64,000 bases of DNA, taken from positions 620,001 to 684,000 of the forward strand of contig CATNEN010000001.1 of NCBI GenBank assembly GCA_950097015.1, in the 5' to 3' direction. The position numbers were made by a program, and so were the translations under genes. Positions 58,501 to 64,000 of this stretch are shown here, one piece after another. The DNA is from Macrostomum hystrix (lineage: Eukaryota; Animalia; Platyhelminthes). The notes beneath the pieces were generated by a model, which was not told the origin of the DNA, did not search any database, and saw only the letters and a list, made by a program, of their open reading frames with translations. Numbering within the stretch: position 1 is the first letter of the stretch; each line of letters begins with the position of its first letter.

Positions 58501-61500
58501 ATGGCCACTTCGAATGAACCCAGTGGCAGCAATGGTAGGACTTTGTTGTCTCCACCACTAGTGGATGACACTGAAAATATGAAAGAATGCAGTGAGAATG
58601 ATGACTTTAATGATGAAACAAAGTTTAATGTTGGACCTGAAGATCAAGACTGTAATGATGAGGATCCTGAAGTCTGGTGCCTAGTGGATAGAGTTGGTAG
58701 ACGGCATTGGCTTAACATTGATGGCCTTCTGCTTATTGGTCGCGAGGACTGCAGTCTGATGTTAAAGGTTTGTGACATTTTCACCTAACAGTTTGAGTAT
58801 TATCTTATAAATAAATTTACTAGTTTACTACTATTTATAAAGTGAATAGTAGTCTATTAATGACTAATTCACTTGATTAGTGGATTAGTGAATTACTGTG
58901 GAACTTAATGATTTGTTAACTAGATTAGTGGTGTTAAGGATTATTTATCTGGATTTGTAGTGTATTAACGATTGCTTAACTGGATTAGTGGTGGATAAAT
59001 AACTGCTTACTGGATTACTGGTGGCTCAATGATTGGTTAACTGGATTAGTGGTGGATCAATGATTGGTTAACTGGATTAGTGGTGGATTAATGATTGGTT
59101 AACTGGATTAGTGGTGGATAAATAACTGCTTACTGGATTACTGGTGGCTCAATGATTGGTTAACTGGATTAGTGGTGGATCAATGATTGGTTAACTGGAT
59201 TAGTGGTGGATTAATGATTGGTTAACTGGATTAGTGGTGGATCAATGATTGCTTACTGGATTAGTGGTGGATTAATGATTGGTTAACTGGATTAGTGGTG
59301 GATTAATGATTGGTTAACTGGATTAGTGGTGGATTAATGATTGGTTAACTGGATTAGTGGTGGATCAATGATTGGTTAACTGGATTAGTGGTGGATCAAT
59401 GATTGGTTAACTGGATTAGTGGTGGATTAATGATTGGTTAACTGGATTAGTGGTGGATTAATGATTGATTAACTGGGTTAGTGATTGAAACGTGATCAAC
59501 TAAATGGATTATCGGTTTATTAAAGTTGTGTTAATTGGATTAGTGGTGGTTTAATGATTTATTGAATAGATTAGTGGATGAAGCGTAATCGGTTCAGTGG
59601 ATTATCGGTGGATTAACGAATTGTTTTTGGAATACTGTTAGAGTAACACTCGATAAATAGATTTATGGATTGAATTAGCTTTAGAAATGAGTCGGTGCAG
59701 TGGATTATCCGTTGATTATCAGTAAAAAATCGAATGACTTCAAAATAGTTATCCGTACACCGGATTAACTGGATTATTGATGTATTAGTGATAAAGCCAA
59801 TTAAAAAGGTAAAATGCTAATGTACTTTTCAATTTTCAGTCACATAGCGTCGATCCGCAGCACGCTGTCATGACTTTTGATGCCGAATTTAAACTGTATC
59901 GCGTCAAAGACCTGGGTACTGTTAACGGGGTAAGTTTAATGCTAAATGTTTCAATCCTAAATTGAAATCACTAGTAAGAATAAAATAAATAGCATATGAA
60001 TGTACTTTCTAACTATACCCATTGGTAAGAAAAGTACAGGGTGTCCTTAGAATATATATTTCGGTAGACAGACTCAGATATTTCTGTTCACTTAGTTTTA
60101 CTGTCTGCCTTGTTGCTATGCCGTTGTTTGGCCTAGTGTGATTGACACGAGTGCCTGGCAGTCATTTGTTAGCAGAATTTTACCAGAACTGGCAAGATTC
60201 GCCCAGCAGCTTTGGGGAGAACAGACAGACAGAACTACTTTTTGTTACTTTTTAACCCTCAGGCTAGCAAAATTCATTTGGGGCGCAGCCGCCGAGAGAA
60301 GGCTTGGGGGCTTGTCGTGCAATTTACGCCCTTGAGGGCCAACCTCCAAGGCACAGTGAGAGTGTACACTGCCTGACGATGAGAAAGTCAGGGCAGATGT
60401 ACCCACATGTGTACAGATGTACACAGATACGTACGGTATCTGTTTGAGTGTGTGCTCAGGAGTCAGCGGAATGGGCAGAATTGCCTCCTCGCTGGCTGCG
60501 GGTCTAGTGTCACCAAATGATGTGCCATTGCCCGCAGCCCTCCTGCAATTATTATTATATAATACTACTACTTACTACTTAGCCTAAGTTTCTAAGGATA
60601 TTGTAGCCTAGTGGTGAGAGTGTCGGATTCGCGGTTTGAAGGCCAGGGGTTCGACTCCCGACTCCACTGGAACAATTTGAGTCCTTTAGCATGACACTTT
60701 GACTCTGCATTGCTTCAGTTCACTCAGATGTTAAATGGGTACCAGCATCAGCTGGGGTAATTGAGGGTGGGTGTGGCGTCCCTCCAGTCCATGGACTGAA
60801 CAGCTGTACGCAGCCTTCAGATGCGCCGCGCATTAGCTGCGGCTGTGCTGTCGGCTGCACATCTGGGCCGATTGGGGAAGGTGTAATCAATTATCAATTA
60901 GTTCTACTTCTTAGCTTAATTAAATATTATCAGACATTTGTTAACGAGAGTCGCATTGCTGAAGACACCTACGTCTATTTGGACAATGGCGACTCATTGA
61001 GATTTGGCTACGATTCCAATGTGTTCCGAGTGCAACGATTTTCACCTGTTGCTGCCGCTGCTGCTGCCGCCGCCGCTGTCCCAGCTACTGCTATTGCGAA
61101 ATCCAAGCAACAGCCTCAGATTTCTAGCGGGCCTAGAAAGTCTCTGTCTGGCCTACCTGTGTGGGCTAGCGGGGCCGCCAAGGTTGTGTCAGCAATGGCC
61201 GAGTGCCCGGTGAGTGCTGTGTTCTGAATATCTGACTGTCCGTAATTAGTTATAATACTCGTATTTGTAGGATAGTGCTGCATGCAATGGCACATCATTT
61301 GGTGACACTAGACCCGCAGCCAGCGAGGATGCAATTCTGCCCATTTCGCTGACTCCTGAGTACACTCTCTGACACAGGTGTGTATATCCTGTAAAAAATT
61401 CGGCTGCTTCTTCGGCGGGTTTTTTGTGCAAAATAGGAGTGGAATCTACCAAAATCCCCCCTATCTCGCAAGAGTTAAAGAAACCACCCAGGAAGCAGCC

Positions 61501-63982
61501 GATGTAACCGTAAATTGTGCGGAAACCGCCGAAAAATCACCCGAACCAGTGGCCCATGGGACAACCAGAGAATTATTTATGGGCGATTCCTCGGCGGTTT
61601 CTGAGCATGGAATCTTCCGAACTGGAGGATTCTTTGGGTGATTCCATTTCGCCACCAAGAAGCACCGAGAAAACGCCCAGTTGGGTAGATTCTAAGCATG
61701 GAATCATCCGATTGGTATGTTTCCAGCGTTCGGCTGTTTCTTTTTCTGGAAACACCGCAGATTCCAACTGGAATCACCCAAAGAAACATCCTATTTTTAG
61801 TGGGTATCTGCTCCGATTTTCTTATCGTCAGGCAGTGTACACGCTCACTGTGTCTTGGAGGTTGGCCTCAAGGGCGTAAATTGCACGACAAGCCCCCAAG
61901 CCTTCTCTCTGAGGCTGCGCACCAAAGTGTGTCTTCTTGGTAGACCAACCCTACTATTAACCAATTAATCATAATGTACTTTCTCTTATAAAGTACTAGT
62001 GCGTTAAGAAGCAAGCAAGAAATTTTAGAAGCTATTTCGTATTCGTACAAAGACTTTTTATGCATTCGCAGTATTTAATTTCGCAATTATTTTTTAACAG
62101 CGCAACATTTTTCGTCTACTAAAGTTGTTGTTCTGGTTAATACGAGCGTAATTGAGCTTATAGTTTTATTGCTTTTAGAAGTATTTGTAGCAAAACAGAA
62201 ACCTACATGTACGAGTACAGGTTTGCTGTGGTTGCTAGGTCAAGTGGATTGAATTAAATTTTAGAAATTAAGATCTAAGAAATATTCTCGGTAGGTCCTT
62301 CAAATCCTTCGAAATCTTTCAAATTGAGATCTAAGCTTTTTTGTTGCTTAGATCGAATCATCATGTTTTGTGATTAATGTTTTTTAAAGTAAAGTACGAG
62401 CGGTGTTTCAAAAGTTTCCGGACTGACGTCACCATTTTGAGTTGAAATGGCCAAATCACTTGAAATTTGATATGCAATTGCAATAAGATTATTTTTATTA
62501 TGTCCTAAAATTTCAGCGCAATCGGATTAACTGATCAAAAGTTGTAATGAATTTTGCATTAAACATCGAAAACAACAAATACGATTTTTGGATTTCAGTT
62601 TCAAGCGATCACTCCTAATCACTGTCAGAGTCACTGATACCGTCGGCTGTGTCGCGAGGCTGACAGCTTGCGCGCTCTACGTACTCGCCTTCGATGGAGA
62701 TGCACTTCTTGTAGCGCTCAATTAGCGCGTCGAAGCCAGCCTCCCAGAATTCAGCCTTCAGCTGACTAAGCGACTGATTGGTGGCATTGATGACTTCGTC
62801 ACGAGTTGAGAAGATCTGACCACGCAGAGGCATCTTCATCTTACCGAATAAATGAAAGTCAGCAATGGCGAGGTCAGGACTGTAGGCAGGATGATTTAGC
62901 AGGCGAAAGCCGAGCTCCTCCACCTTCGCCTTTGTGCTAGCGGCAGCATGAGGTCGCGCATTTGGCTGTGTTTTGACCCAAAGTCCGCGGAGTTGGTCGG
63001 TCGACTCATTTCAGAACGGTAGAGCGTAGTAGGCTGCTAAAAATCTTATTCGTTTTGATGCGGCTTTAAGCTGCTAAAGCCGCATCGCAGTTGTCTAATG
63101 TGTCTATGGCTAAAACTCATGTGTCATCGAGAGAAACTTGTAAGCTCGGTATCGATCAGTATCGATTCATTTATTCGGTAAGATGAAGATGCCTCTGCGT
63201 GGTCAGATCTTCTCAACTCGTGACGAAGTCATCAATGCCACCAATCAGTCGCTTAGTCAGCTGAAGGCTGAATTCTGGGAGGCTGGCTTCGACGCGCTAA
63301 TTGAGCGCTACAAGAAGTGCATCTCCATCGAAGGCGAGTACGTAGAGCGCGCAAGCTGTCAGCCTCGCGACACAGCCGACGGTATCAGTGACTCTGACAG
63401 TGATTAGGAGTGATCGCTTGAAACTGAAATCCAAAAATCGTATTTGTTGTTTTCGATGTTTAATGCAAAATTCATTACAACTTTTGATCAGTTAATCCGA
63501 TTGCGCTGAAATTTTAGGACATAATAAAAATAATCTTATTGCAATTGCATATCAAATTTCAAGTGATTTGGCCATTTCAACTCAAAATGGTGACGTCAGT
63601 CCGGAAACTTTTGAAACACCCCTCGTATTTCCATTTTTATGTGCTACTGTAAGTAGCGCATTAGTAGCATGCTGTTATAAATGACAAAAATAATTTATTT
63701 TGCAAAATTTCGCAGGCCTGCACCCGCGGCAGCGAAGAGTTTCGTCGTTCTAGCTCGGATCTGACACACCTGTGCGCCTTTCACCAGAGAGAGTTGGCCA
63801 GAGCCGCGACTGTTGCATCGAATTCTTCACCGCCATCTGCTCCTAATCCCACCCCAACTGCCCTTAGAGATTCACGATTCTCAAAGGACTCGCTCAATGT
63901 TAACAATAGTACAAATCATGACAGCGCAACTTTTTCGCGTGGATTCGAACGAAAGAAAATTAAAGGCATGTGTTGCATTTAG
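58501..63982 (+). CDS. CEP170: CEP170-like FHA-domain protein, 5' part. Exons 58501-58767, 59840-59929, 60934-61209, 63716->~63965 (3' end unresolved)
   Basis: Spliced translation WCLVDRVGRRHWL..LIGREDCSLMLK|SHSVDPQHAVMTFD..VKDLGTVNG|TFVNESRIAEDTYVYLDNGDSLRFGYDSNVF closely parallels the CEP170 N-terminal FHA domain. Phase-0 GT-AG introns. Confidence 0.85.
58975..59480. repeat. 31-bp minisatellite AACTGGATTAGTGGTGGATTAATGATTGGTT
   Basis: Tandem copies with degenerate flanks, intronic. Confidence 0.93.
60275..60560 (+). mobile_element. SINE family A, 5'-truncated
   Basis: Matches the body and tail of 30385-30746. Confidence 0.85.
60598..60897 (+). mobile_element. SINE family B
   Basis: TTGTAGCCTAGTGGTGAGAG...GGTTCGACTCCC head; homologous to 23151-23465. 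Confidence 0.85.
61285..61925 (-). mobile_element. SINE family A interrupted by a ~420-bp MITE-like insertion (~61387-61806)
   Basis: The SINE sequence stops at acaggtgtgta (~61384) and resumes at atctgc (~61807). The insert has imperfect inverted ends cctgtaaaaaattcggctgcttctt / aagaaacatcctatttttagtggg. Confidence 0.65.
62397..63625. mobile_element. Palindromic mariner derivative built from two inverted copies of the transposon 3' end (460-bp arms)
   Basis: TA TSD at 62395-62396 and 63626-63627. Arms 62397-62856 and 63166-63625. Transposase C-terminus NARPH...HPAYSPDLAIADFHLF on the minus strand. Confidence 0.92.
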
Positions 63983-64000
63983 CATCCGGAATTGTTTCTG

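Overview
Animal genomic DNA: spliced genes with poly-Q/A/G tracts, abundant minisatellites and tRNA-derived SINEs. The style suggests an invertebrate such as the flatworm Macrostomum, which is inference only. Host genes are a ZNRF1/2-type RING E3 ligase (4772-5770), an FMN/cappuccino-type formin (13451-~29524), a decaying three-copy cluster of PAN/apple + ALK/LTK-like glycine-rich genes (30866-37494) and the 5' part of a CEP170-like FHA gene (58501->). The main feature is an apparently intact 15,382-bp Polinton/Maverick (adintovirus-like endogenous dsDNA virus) at 39000-54381, with AGTAGT termini, ~970-bp TIRs and a 6-bp TTACAT target-site duplication. It has unbroken ORFs for integrase, protein-primed PolB, cysteine protease, packaging ATPase and major and minor capsid proteins. 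It also encodes a parvovirus-type PLA2, an adenovirus pX-like peptide, a hydrophobic protein with two PSAP late-domain motifs and a fibre-like coiled coil. The left TIR carries an internally deleted copy of the minor capsid gene. A possible spliced gene near the left end would place a perfect 8x47-bp array in an intron. Several non-autonomous DNA transposons are also present: a Tc1-like deletion derivative, a 2.8-kb long-TIR element and a palindromic mariner derivative.
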